Shown: one piece after another, positions 50,110 through 59,388 of the stretch
Layout of the letters: every line of letters starts with the position of its first letter
Numbering within the stretch: the first letter of the stretch is position 1
Notes under the pieces: model-generated
Told to the model about the DNA's origin: nothing
The model's input: the letters and a program-made list of their open reading frames with translations, nothing else
Database searches by the model: none
Source: an uncultured delta proteobacterium
GTDB taxonomy: Bacteria; Desulfobacterota; WTBG01; CAIYCZ01
Reading direction: 5' to 3'
Length of the DNA stretch: 64,000 bases
Assembly: GCA_963803975.1 (NCBI GenBank)
Contig: CAWDOY010000047.1
Coordinates: forward strand, 96,001-160,000
Position numbers and translations under genes: made by a program

Positions 50110-50877
50110 CTATGAGGAATGGTTTTTATTCTTCAGCACCACTAACATTATAAGAGAGACAACGATAAAAGCTAAAGCCAGCACCTGGGAAACGGCAAAG
50201 GTCTCCAGTATGAGATAGCCGCGGGGGTCTCCGCGAAAATATTCTATAATGAGCCGGGAGAATGAGTAGAAAAAAATCCACAGCAGGGCCAGCTGGCCGT
50301 CAAAGGTTTTTCTGCTGCTCCAGGCCCACAGCAGCAGAAACGTGGCAAGCGAAGCAAACGATGAATAAAGCTGCGTCGGGTGCAGGGCAACGCCGATCCG
50401 GGCCAGGCTCTGCGGGTCGGTAAAAGTGACTGCCCAGGGATAGCTGCACTCCCGCCCGTAGCAGCAGCCCGCAAAAAAACAGCCGATGCGGCCGAAAAAA
50501 TCACCCAGGGCAAGGGCAGGCGCAAACAGGTCAAAGGTCTTCCAGACCGCCATTTGATGGCGCTTCATATATACAACGCCGGCAATAAAGGAGAGAATAA
50601 ACCCGCCAAAGAAGGTCAGCCCGCCCTGCCAGACTTTTAAAATATCCAGCGGATTATGCCGGTAGGAATCAAGGTTCGTCAGCACATAAAAAAGCCGCGC
50701 GCCGATGATTGCGGCAAGTATTATGTAAAACGCAAGGTCAAGGATGGGCTGAGGGTCAAGCCCCTGCTGCCGCGCTTCCCTCAGAGCAAAGCCCAGTCCG
50801 GCAAGAAAGCCCATGGCTACAAACAGGCCGTAGGCCTTTATGGAAAAGTAGGGGGTCTCAAAAATGATCGGGTGCAT
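50110..50877 (-). CDS. lgt: Prolipoprotein diacylglyceryl transferase
   Basis: GARLFYV, WQGGLTFFGG, GRIGCFFAGCCYG, HPTQLY and EYFRGD. Confidence 0.93.
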   Translation of the reverse strand: MHPIIFETPYFSIKAYGLFVAMGFLAGLGFALREARQQGLDPQPILDLAFYIILAAIIGARLFYVLTNLDSYRHNPLDILKVWQGGLTFFGGFILSFIAGVVYMKRHQMAVWKTFDLFAPALALGDFFGRIGCFFAGCCYGRECSYPWAVTFTDPQSLARIGVALHPTQLYSSFASLATFLLLWAWSSRKTFDGQLALLWIFFYSFSRLIIEYFRGDPRGYLILETFAVSQVLALAFIVVSLIMLVVLKNKNHSS

Positions 50878-50887
50878 TGCTTGAGTT

Positions 50888-51391
50888 TTATCCTGCAGCG
50901 TGACGCTGTTTTTTGTTTTTCGTGTCAAGCAGCATATCAAGGGCAAGCAGGCAGATGCCAATCGTTATGGCAGAGTCTGCAACATTAAAGGCAGGCCAGT
51001 GAAATGAAGAATACCAGTGGAGATCTATGAAGTCAACAACCGCCCCAAAGCGAAACCGGTCAATCAGGTTTCCGGCAGCACCTCCCAGCAGCAGGGAAAA
51101 GCAGAGCAGTTGCAGGCGCGAGCCGTCTTTTATCTGCGAGAGAAAATAGATAATGATAAAGACCGCCACGCCGGAAATCAGAAGCAGCATGGGGACCCGG
51201 TAGCGGCTTCCAGCCTCGGTTAAAAGGCCGAACGCGATGCCCGGATTCCTGATATGAACGATGTGAAAAAAATTGCGGCTGACTTCTATCTGATGATGGA
51301 GCGGCAGGGTCCGGCAGATCGCAAGCTTGGTCAGCTGGTCCAGTGCCACGACTGCCACTATGATACTTATGATAAACAGATACTTTTTCAT
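50888..51391 (-). CDS. lspA: Lipoprotein signal peptidase II
   Basis: DQLTK, NPGIAFG, GNLIDR, VVDFI and FNVADSAI. Confidence 0.95.
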   Translation of the reverse strand: MKKYLFIISIIVAVVALDQLTKLAICRTLPLHHQIEVSRNFFHIVHIRNPGIAFGLLTEAGSRYRVPMLLLISGVAVFIIIYFLSQIKDGSRLQLLCFSLLLGGAAGNLIDRFRFGAVVDFIDLHWYSSFHWPAFNVADSAITIGICLLALDMLLDTKNKKQRHAAG

Positions 51392-54195
51392 CTGCCGGTC
51401 CCGTCAAGTGATGCGAGAACCGCTGCGCACCGCTCGCAGGCTGCAGGGTGTGCTGCGTGCGCGCCAACGCGGGGAGAATATTTCCAGCAGCGACCGCACT
51501 TTTCCCCGGCAGCAGCAGTAATCTCTACCTCGCCATCAGCAACCAGGTTTTCAAAGGAAGCATCGCCGCCGCCTTCTTTTTGTTTGAGGGTGACCTGGGA
51601 AACGATAAAAAGATCGGGGAGTTCCTGCTCGTATTCCTGCAGCCGGAGGTACAGCTTTTCCTGAACACGCAGCGCCACGCATGCCTCAAGGGCATTGCCG
51701 ATCTTTTTTGCGGCGCGCGCCTCCTCCAGACTTTTGAGCACCCGGTCCCGCACCTGCAGCAGAATACTCCAGCGCTCTGCTATCCCACGGTTATTATAGT
51801 GCTCCGGCAGCACGGAAAAAGACGCAAGATGCACGCTCTCTGCCCTGCCGGCCTGATGCGGAAGATACTTCCAGGCCTCATCAGCAGTAAAGGAGAGTAT
51901 CGGCGAGCAGAGCCGCAGCAGGCTTTCAAGCACCATATGGAGCACGGTCTGGGCAGCACGCCGCGACGGGTCAGCGGGGGCTGAGCAGTAGAGGCGGTCC
52001 TTTAAAATATCGAGATACACCGCGCTCATATCATTAATGCAGAAGTTGCTGATGCTGTGGTACACGGTATGAAACTCATATGCCCGGTACGCTTTAAGCA
52101 CCCGGGCGGCAAGCGCCTGCAGCTGATGCAGTGCCCACTGGTCAAGCTCCGCAAGGTTTTCATACCGGACGCTGTGCACCGCCGGGTCAAAGTCACAGAG
52201 ATTGCCGAGCAGGAACCGGCAGGTGTTTCTGATTTTTCGATACCCTTCAGAAAGCCGCTTCAGAATGTCGGGCGATATGCGCATGTCCTCACGGTAGTTT
52301 TCCGAGGCTACCCACAGGCGCAGCACTTCTGCGCCATACTGCTTGATGACCTCCTCCGGGGAGATCACGTTTCCTTTGGACTTGGCCATCTTTTCGCCTT
52401 TGCCATCAACCACAAACCCGTGGGTGAGCACCGCGCGATAGGGCGCGCGGCCCCTGGTGCCGACACTTACCAGAAGTGAGCTGTGGAACCAGCCCCGGTG
52501 CTGGTCGCTTCCTTCCAGGTACAGGTCAGCGGGGCTGCCAAGCTGGGGCCTCTTTTCAAGAACCGCTGCATGGCTCACGCCTGAGTCAAACCACACGTCA
52601 AGGATATCAGTCTCTTTTCTGAACGCACCTGCCCCGCACTGGCCGCACTTCACGCCCGGCGGGAGCAGCTCGGATGCTTCACGGGAAAACCAGACGTCAC
52701 TGCCGTGCTCATCAAAGAGATCTGCCACATGGTTGATGACCGGGACTTCAAGCAGCACCGCGTTGCAGTCGCTGCAGTAAAAGGCCACAATCGGCACACC
52801 CCAAACCCGCTGCCGTGATATACACCAGTCAGGACGGTTCTCGATCATGCCGTACATGCGCTCCCGCCCCCACGGCGGAATCCAGTCCACCTGCTGAACG
52901 CAGTCAAGCGCCTTTTTCCGCAGGTCATTTTTTTCCATGGATATGAACCACTGCTCGGTGGCGCGAAACACCACCGGGTTTTTGCAGCGCCAGCAGTGGG
53001 GATAGGAGTGGACAATCTCCTCCTCTTTCAGCAGCGCGCCCGCTTCCAGCAGTTTTTTATTAACCGCGGCGTTGGCGTCAAACACAAACTGGCCGCCGAA
53101 AAACTCAACCTCGGGGACAAAGCGGCCGGCATCATCCACCGGCGCGTAAATATCCAGATTATATTTCAGCCCGCTCTCATAGTCTTCCTGTCCGTGTCCC
53201 GGAGCTGTGTGGACACAGCCGGTGCCCGCATCCAGGGTGACATGGGAGCCGAGGATCAGCAGCGACTCCCGCCCGTAGAGCGGATGGCGGCACTTCATTC
53301 CCTCAAGGACGGCTGCGGAAAAAGTTTCTTTAACTGCAAAGTTTTCGATGCCCAGCGTGAGCATGGTCCGCTGCAGCAGGCCCTCGGCAACGATAAAAAC
53401 TTCGTCCCCGGCCTGTACGGCAACATAATCAAAGTCCGGGTGCAGGCAAATGGCCAGGTTTGCCGGTATGGTCCATGGCGTTGTCGTCCAGATAACGACC
53501 GAGACCTTCTCCCCTTTCAGTAACGGCAGCTTGCTGCTGATATCTGAAATGAGCGGAAACTTTACATAGATCGACGGTGAGCGGTGTTCCTGGTATTCAA
53601 CTTCAGCCTCAGCCAGCGCCGTCTGGCAGGACGCGCACCACTGAATGGGCTTCTTCCGTTTATAGACAGAGCCGGCCTGCACAAATTTGCCGAACTCCCT
53701 GACAATAGTGGCCGAGTAATCCGCGCTCATGGTGAGATACGGGTCAGCCCATTCCCCGAGCACGCCGAGGCGCTTAAATTCCTCGCGCTGTATGCTCACG
53801 AACCGGGCGGCATATTCTCTGCACAGCTTCCGCACTTCCACCTTGGGGATAGAGCCCTTCTTTTTTCCGAGCTCCTTTTCCACCTGCAGCTCGATGGGCA
53901 GGCCGTGACAGTCCCATCCCGGCACATACCTGGTCTGGTACCCGTCCATGGTCTTTGATTTTATGACAATATCTTTCAGGATTTTATTCAGAGCAGTGCC
54001 GATATGAATATGCCCGTTTGCATAGGGCGGACCGTCATGAAGGATAAATTTTCTGCTGCTGTTATTGAGCGCAATAATTTTTTCATAGAGCCCCGTTGCT
54101 TCCCACTTTTTCAGCATCTCCGGCTCCTTGACTGCAAGGCTTGCCTTCATCGGGAAATCAGTTTTGGGCAGATTTATGGTATCCTTATAATCCAT
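51388..54195 (-). CDS. ileS: Isoleucyl-tRNA synthetase
   Basis: HDGPPYANGHIHIGT, GWDCHGLP, WCISRQR, EGSDQHRGWF, KMAKS and a C-terminal Zn finger. Confidence 0.97.
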   Translation of the reverse strand: MDYKDTINLPKTDFPMKASLAVKEPEMLKKWEATGLYEKIIALNNSSRKFILHDGPPYANGHIHIGTALNKILKDIVIKSKTMDGYQTRYVPGWDCHGLPIELQVEKELGKKKGSIPKVEVRKLCREYAARFVSIQREEFKRLGVLGEWADPYLTMSADYSATIVREFGKFVQAGSVYKRKKPIQWCASCQTALAEAEVEYQEHRSPSIYVKFPLISDISSKLPLLKGEKVSVVIWTTTPWTIPANLAICLHPDFDYVAVQAGDEVFIVAEGLLQRTMLTLGIENFAVKETFSAAVLEGMKCRHPLYGRESLLILGSHVTLDAGTGCVHTAPGHGQEDYESGLKYNLDIYAPVDDAGRFVPEVEFFGGQFVFDANAAVNKKLLEAGALLKEEEIVHSYPHCWRCKNPVVFRATEQWFISMEKNDLRKKALDCVQQVDWIPPWGRERMYGMIENRPDWCISRQRVWGVPIVAFYCSDCNAVLLEVPVINHVADLFDEHGSDVWFSREASELLPPGVKCGQCGAGAFRKETDILDVWFDSGVSHAAVLEKRPQLGSPADLYLEGSDQHRGWFHSSLLVSVGTRGRAPYRAVLTHGFVVDGKGEKMAKSKGNVISPEEVIKQYGAEVLRLWVASENYREDMRISPDILKRLSEGYRKIRNTCRFLLGNLCDFDPAVHSVRYENLAELDQWALHQLQALAARVLKAYRAYEFHTVYHSISNFCINDMSAVYLDILKDRLYCSAPADPSRRAAQTVLHMVLESLLRLCSPILSFTADEAWKYLPHQAGRAESVHLASFSVLPEHYNNRGIAERWSILLQVRDRVLKSLEEARAAKKIGNALEACVALRVQEKLYLRLQEYEQELPDLFIVSQVTLKQKEGGGDASFENLVADGEVEITAAAGEKCGRCWKYSPRVGAHAAHPAACERCAAVLASLDGTGR

Positions 54196-54234
54196 TCAAT
54201 TCTTCCTCCGTAGCAGGATATATCCATGACAGTA

Positions 54235-54430
54235 CTATCAGGTAGTTGAAAAAGTGGTTTTATCCCAGGCTGGTCAAAAACATTCAGATGCAAGGCGCGC
54301 GAAATCTCGAGGAATGAGGCGTACTTCACGGTACGTCGCAATGACACCCCTCTTCATCCCCCCTTGCCAAGGGGGGACACGGGGGGTAGAAGATAACGCA
54401 GCAGATGGGTGTTTTTCAACAGCCTGATAG
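54235..54430. mobile_element. MITE-like element, copy 2, carrying an internal GC-rich hairpin insertion (54346-54387)
   Basis: ctatcagg...cctgatag ends and the same body as 47992-48150. Confidence 0.75.
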
Positions 54431-54582
54431 CAGGCCGTAAAAATTACCATATACGGGCACAAAGTCAAGGGAATAGCGTGCAGAAATGGTTCTGCCAATA
54501 ATCCTGGACATCTCATTTAAATTATATTATTAGTTTTTCTGATAACAAATAGTAATATAAATACAGCTATATATTTGAAGCA

Positions 54583-54647
54583 ATGCGCCGTCTAATCTGT
54601 CATTCTACTTTTATTTTTACTTTAGGTACTCTGCCAGTGGTCCGTGA
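54583..54647 (+). CDS. Phe/Tyr-rich leader peptide of aroF (one base apparently missing)
   Basis: TTC TAC TTT TAT TTT TAC TTT AGG TAC...TGA encodes FYFYFYFRY. ATG-to-TGA spans 65 nt, so a +1 correction gives MRRLNLSFYFYFYFRYSASGP*. Confidence 0.65.
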
Positions 54648-54669
54648 GTAGCGGAGAAGATACTACCAG

Positions 54670-54753
54670 GCCATGGGCAGAGTTTACCCGCTGCCCATGG
54701 CTTTTTTTATAATTGAAAAAGCCATGGAACCAGATCGTTCATGGCTTTTTTTT
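54670..54753 (+). terminator. Attenuator terminators upstream of aroF (54670-54708 and 54716-54753)
   Basis: GCCATGGGCAG-N10-CTGCCCATGGC-T7 and AAAAAGCCATG...CATGGCTTTTTTTT. Confidence 0.8.
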
Positions 54754-54871
54754 ATTTACGTAACGGTTTCAAACCCAAGCACTCAGAGAAAAACTCTATA
54801 TACAATAATTTCTCAGAGTCCTGTGGTTATAGTTTGACAATACTTTGTTTGAGCAGAAGGAGGATACACAG

Positions 54872-55902
54872 ATGATCATAGTTATGAAGGCCAAAGCATC
54901 CGAGAAAGAACTGCAGGAAGTGCTCAACACCATTAAGGAGTTCGGCTACCAGCCGCACCCGATCTATGGAACAGAACGAACCGTAATCGGTGCGGTGGGA
55001 AGCGAGCGGGGCAAGGAAAAACTGCAGGCGCTGGAAATGCTTCCCGGGGTGGAAAAGGTGGTTCCCATCCTCCAGCCCTACAAGCTTGCGAGCCGTGAGG
55101 TAAAACCCGAGAAGTCGGTCATCGCCATCAGCGATACCGTGCAGATCGGCGGCGATGAGGTGGTGGTGATTGCCGGCCCGTGTTCCATAGAAAACGAGCA
55201 GCAGATCATTGAAACTGCACGTGGCGGTAAAGGATGCCGGGGCAACCATGCTGCGCGGCGGAGCATTCAAACCCCGCACCTCACCCTTACAGCTTCCAGG
55301 GCCTTGAGGGAGAAGGGCTTGTGCTGCTGGATAAGGCGCGGCAGCTTACCGGGCTTCCCGTGGTCACGGAAATAATGAATCTCGAAGACATAGAGCTGAT
55401 TTCAAATCACGCGGATATCCTGCAGGTGGGAGCGCGCAATGTTCAGAACTTTGCCCTGCTCAAAGCCCTCGGAAAATGCAGCAAGCCGATCCTGTTGAAG
55501 CGCGGCATGATGACCACTATTGAAGAGTTCCTGATGTCAGCGGAGTATATCCTGTCGGAAGGCAACCAACAGGTCATTCTGTGCGAGCGCGGGATACGGA
55601 CATTTGAGACCGCCACCCGCAACACCCTTGACCTGAGCAGCATCCCGGTGCTGCGGGAGCGCACCCATCTCCCGGTCATTGTCGACCCCAGCCATGGGAC
55701 CGGCCACTGGAAGCTCGTTGCCCCCATGTCGTTTGCGGCAATTGCCGCAGGTGCTGATGGCCTGATGATAGAAGTGCATCCCCATCCTGATCATGCCATG
55801 AGTGACGGTGTCCAGTCGCTCAAGCCCGGTAAATTTGCAGAGATGATGCAGCGGCTGGTTCCGTTTGTAAAGGCAGCGGGAAGAACGATACGGGAAGGGT
55901 GA
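54872..55902 (+). CDS. aroF: DAHP synthase (type I-beta) with N-terminal regulatory domain; frameshifts near 55220-55285
   Basis: MIIVMK...[11 protein letters not shown]...PYKLASRE...[34 protein letters not shown] and IVDPSHG. Confidence 0.92.
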
Positions 55903-55964
55903 ATCAAGGGGTAGGTGAACCCGCTGCGCCAGAGCGGCAGCGCGGCGAGCCGTCGCGTCGGTGC

Positions 55965-56089
55965 AAGAGGTTAAAAGGTCAATAGGTTACGAGGTGAAAA
56001 GGTAAAAAGATGAAAAGACAAAGAGGTGCAACAGGTTCACTGTAATCCTACACCTTTTAGCCTTTTAACCTCTGTAGCTGTTAACCTGT
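55965..56089. repeat. Palindromic tandem octamer element (AAAAGGTx)n...(ACCTTTTA)n between convergent genes
   Basis: About nine degenerate octamers followed by about five inverted ones. Confidence 0.7.
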
Positions 56090-57127
56090 TTAGTAGATTG
56101 TCTTTACTTTATATCCGGCAACGAGCTGCATGGTTACCGGCATGCCGTTTATTTCCGCCAGCAGTTTTGCCTGCTGCTCGCTGCCGAAGGTCTTTTTAGC
56201 GATAATGGTAAACGTGTCACCCTCTTGCGCAGTATATATTTTTATGTGGCGTAAATTCTCTTTCGGGCCGTAGGCAAGCCCCTCAAGGTAGTCCTTGTAC
56301 CGGTCAGATAATATCTGGCCCTTTGCAGCACGGCCCGGCACTCCTGCCTGGGGTCCGTTATTGATCTGCTGCATGGCATTATTCATGGCCAGCATAACTT
56401 TTGACTGCGCTGTTGACCGCTCGATACGGTTCATCATATCCGGGTGCGTTGAGTTATACACCTGATCGCCGATGGGACCCTGCGTTATCCGGGAGAGATT
56501 TTTCTGGAACGACGCCATCTGTTCCGGGTCATAGCCTGCCTTGCTCATGTAGGCAACACCCTGCTCATCTGCAATATATTCCTTCTCCCGGCCGAATCCC
56601 ATCATGACAGAGTTGAGCAGCATACCGGTTGCTTGCGCAACATCAGCTCCTCCCGGTGCTGCAACGCCTGCAAGCACTGCAAACTGGGCAAGCATCGATT
56701 GCGATATCTGGTTTGCGCTGTCTCTGCCGACGACATGCCCGATTTCATGGCCGAGCACTCCGGCCAGCTCCGCCTCGCTGTTCAGGTATGCAAGCAGCCC
56801 GCGGGTGATGTAGATGTATCCGCCGGGAACGGCAAATGCATTTTCCATCGGGGTATCGAGCACGGCAAAGTGATAGGTAATATCCTTTCGCTTGCAAACA
56901 GCCACCAGCTTCTGTCCTACTTCGTTTACATAGCGCTGCAGATCTTCATTCTCATAATAACCGAACTGCTTTATGATTTCCGGGTGTGCCTGCCTGCCAA
57001 TATTGTGTTCGCGTTCCTCGCTCACGATGTTAAATTCGCTCTGCAGGGTTACGGGATTGACCATGCACCCCGTCAGCACCACCATAAAAGCCCCTAATAC
57101 TATGAGCGACAGCTTAGATGCCTGCAT
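56090..57127 (-). CDS. M48-family zinc metalloprotease lipoprotein with C-terminal LysM-like domain
   Basis: Lipobox LTGC; NAFAVPGG, HEIGH and STHP; C-terminal YTAQEGDTFTIIAKK. Confidence 0.88.
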   Translation of the reverse strand: MQASKLSLIVLGAFMVVLTGCMVNPVTLQSEFNIVSEEREHNIGRQAHPEIIKQFGYYENEDLQRYVNEVGQKLVAVCKRKDITYHFAVLDTPMENAFAVPGGYIYITRGLLAYLNSEAELAGVLGHEIGHVVGRDSANQISQSMLAQFAVLAGVAAPGGADVAQATGMLLNSVMMGFGREKEYIADEQGVAYMSKAGYDPEQMASFQKNLSRITQGPIGDQVYNSTHPDMMNRIERSTAQSKVMLAMNNAMQQINNGPQAGVPGRAAKGQILSDRYKDYLEGLAYGPKENLRHIKIYTAQEGDTFTIIAKKTFGSEQQAKLLAEINGMPVTMQLVAGYKVKTIY

Positions 57128-57240
57128 AATGATAGCGTAGATTACCTCCTTAGTGCCTGCTGTAATTTTAATAATCATTATAATTATATTATAGCACGTT
57201 TTTTACCAGCTTCAAATAAGCGTTTCTCCCGTGAAACACT

Positions 57241-57972
57241 TCAATCGCGCCTGCCCTTGTGCATATTGTTTCCGATCTCTTCCATCAGCTCAAGCTGTAT
57301 CTCCTGGATCTCAAGCAGCCGCTGCCATTGCCGCGTGACCAGATGATCCATTTTTTCATGCAGCTGCCTGATTTCCAGCTCTGCCTTCAGATTAACCTGA
57401 TAATCATGCCGGGAGCGAAGCCGGTCTTTAGCTTCCTGGCGATTCTGGCTCATCATAATGATGGGGGCTTGAATGGCGGCGATGCATGAAAGGACCAGAT
57501 TCAGAAATATGAACGGATACGGATCAAGCGGCTGTCTGAAAAAAATATAGCTGTTGCCGCCGATCCATAAGAGTATGAAGAAAAAAAAGATACCAATAAA
57601 TTCCCAGCTTCCGCCAAACGCTGCTAATTTATCTGACCAGCGCTCGCTCAGCGTAAGCTTTTCTTCATATTCAAGATCTATGTCCCGGGAAAGAAGCTCC
57701 TGTTCTTTTATGCTCTGCACCACCTCCATTTCCAATGTTGAGAGTTCACCCTTTTCCGCTTTTACTTCCTGCTCAACATACTGGTTTCTGAAGCGGTTCA
57801 GATCAGCAAGGCAGATGAAGCTGTCGGCTGACCAGTCAGGACATTGATGCTTTATCAGTTCCATGATTGATTCACGAACTGCTTCAGCAGGCAACACGTC
57901 GCTCAGTTTTTTCTCTTGCCTGCAGCACTGGCATTGAACTGTTCGCTGCTTTTGCCTTGGCATTGCGTTCAC
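57241..57972 (-). CDS. DUF1003 membrane protein
   Basis: FGGSW, DPYPFIFLNLVLS, QAPIIMMSQNRQ and NLKAELEI. Confidence 0.88.
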   Translation of the reverse strand: MNAMPRQKQRTVQCQCCRQEKKLSDVLPAEAVRESIMELIKHQCPDWSADSFICLADLNRFRNQYVEQEVKAEKGELSTLEMEVVQSIKEQELLSRDIDLEYEEKLTLSERWSDKLAAFGGSWEFIGIFFFFILLWIGGNSYIFFRQPLDPYPFIFLNLVLSCIAAIQAPIIMMSQNRQEAKDRLRSRHDYQVNLKAELEIRQLHEKMDHLVTRQWQRLLEIQEIQLELMEEIGNNMHKGRRD

Positions 57973-57993
57973 CGGATTACGAAACTGATGGGT

Positions 57994-58029
57994 AAAGCCC
58001 CCCGCATTACTTACAATACGGGGGGCTTT
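57994..58029. terminator. GC-rich hairpin downstream of the small basic protein gene
   Basis: aaagccccccgcattacttacaatacggggggcttt. Confidence 0.65.
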
Positions 58030-58038
58030 GATTACTTT

Positions 58039-58131
58039 TTACTTTTTACAGCCACATCCTTTTTTTGCTGTTTTAGCTGGTTTCTTTGCTGCTTTGACAG
58101 GTTTCTTTGCGGTGCTTTTTGTTGCGGCCAT
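58039..58131 (-). CDS. 30-aa Lys/Ala-rich (histone H1-like) small protein
   Basis: RBS AGGAGGG and ATG; MAATKSTAKKPVKAAKKPAKTAKKGCGCKK*; has its own promoter and terminator. Confidence 0.7.
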   Translation of the reverse strand: MAATKSTAKKPVKAAKKPAKTAKKGCGCKK

Positions 58132-58205
58132 GGGTTCCCTCCTGTAAATCGTTATGTTGTTTAGCTGATTGTTTTGTGCTTCAGTGCACAGGCTTGTTAT
58201 GAAAA

Positions 58206-58234
58206 ACTTTATCAAACCAATGATGCTATGTCAA
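58206..58234 (-). promoter_or_regulatory. Sigma70 promoter of the small basic protein
   Basis: TTGACA-N17-TAAAGT. Confidence 0.55.
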
Positions 58235-58334
58235 TAAAGCTCATGGTTTTGCCCGTTGATTTTTTTCTTCTTTCCTGATAGGTACAGAGAGGCCTGACAT
58301 ACTTATGCTGCAACAAAAAAATAGAAGACTTGCA

Positions 58335-59372
58335 ATGCACATCAGAGAGCAGTTGGAAGCGATTGAAAAAAAGACCCTGGCACCCCAGGCAGCGCTGAGC
58401 TGCAACAGCAGGGGCAGGCTCATGGCGGAAGACGAATGCGACCTGCGCCCCGCGTTTCAGCATGATCGTGACCGCATCATTCATTCCAAGGCGTTCCGCC
58501 GTCTGAAGCACAAAACCCAGGTATTTCTCGCCCCCAGCGGTGATCACTACCGGACTCGCCTCACCCATACGCTTGAGGTTTCACAAATTGCCCGGACTAT
58601 CGCCCGGTCACTCTTCCTTAATGAGGATTTGACTGAGGCTATCAGCCTCGGCCATGACCTTGGGCACACGCCGTTCGGCCATGCGGGTGAAGCGGTGCTG
58701 GACAAAATCATGCCCGGGGGATTTCGTCATCCTGAGCAGAGCCTGCGGGTGGTGGATGAGCTGGAAAAGCTCAATCTCACCCATGAAGTGCGGGAAGGCA
58801 TACTGAAGCACTCAAAACGGGAGGGAGAAATTCTGCCCGATGACCCGGAACTGATTCCCGGCACGCTTGAAGGTCAGATCGTGCGTATCGCCGACACCAT
58901 TGCCTATATAACACATGATCTGGATGATGCGCTGCGGGCAGGGCTGGTGACTCATGAAGACATCATGGACGGCGCGCGCGACATTATCGGAATTCTCGGG
59001 ACCACCAGTTCGCAAAGAATTGACACCATGGTGCGGGATATTATTACCACTACGCAGAAGAACAACCTGGAGAAAATTTCGGTAAGCCGGGAAGCGATTG
59101 AAGCGGCACGCAAGCTGCGCCGGTTTCTAAACGACCGGGTCTATTATCTTCCGGGGCTGCTGCAGGATTTTACGCGGGCGTCAAAGATCATTACCGAGCT
59201 CTTCGATTACTATCTGCAGCACAGTGACCGCTTCTTCCAGGAGGCGGGGAAAAGCCCTGACACTGAAGATCTGCATATCCAGGTCTGCGATTTTATCGCC
59301 GGCATGACCGACCGTTACGCCTTCAGCACCTATGAAAAAATTTTTCTTCCGCAGCCCTGGCTTATCCTGTAA
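58335..59372 (+). CDS. dgt: dGTP triphosphohydrolase-like protein
   Basis: DRDRIIHSKAFRRLKHKTQVF, RTRLTHTLEV, HDLGHTPFGHAGE and DFIAGMTD. Confidence 0.92.
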   Translation: MHIREQLEAIEKKTLAPQAALSCNSRGRLMAEDECDLRPAFQHDRDRIIHSKAFRRLKHKTQVFLAPSGDHYRTRLTHTLEVSQIARTIARSLFLNEDLTEAISLGHDLGHTPFGHAGEAVLDKIMPGGFRHPEQSLRVVDELEKLNLTHEVREGILKHSKREGEILPDDPELIPGTLEGQIVRIADTIAYITHDLDDALRAGLVTHEDIMDGARDIIGILGTTSSQRIDTMVRDIITTTQKNNLEKISVSREAIEAARKLRRFLNDRVYYLPGLLQDFTRASKIITELFDYYLQHSDRFFQEAGKSPDTEDLHIQVCDFIAGMTDRYAFSTYEKIFLPQPWLIL

Positions 59373-59388
59373 CCTTGTCTGCTGCAGC

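Noticed and set aside
54196..54520. T-box riboswitch upstream of ileS
   Set aside because: No T-box consensus (TGGxACC) terminator/antiterminator was seen, and the region is occupied by the MITE.
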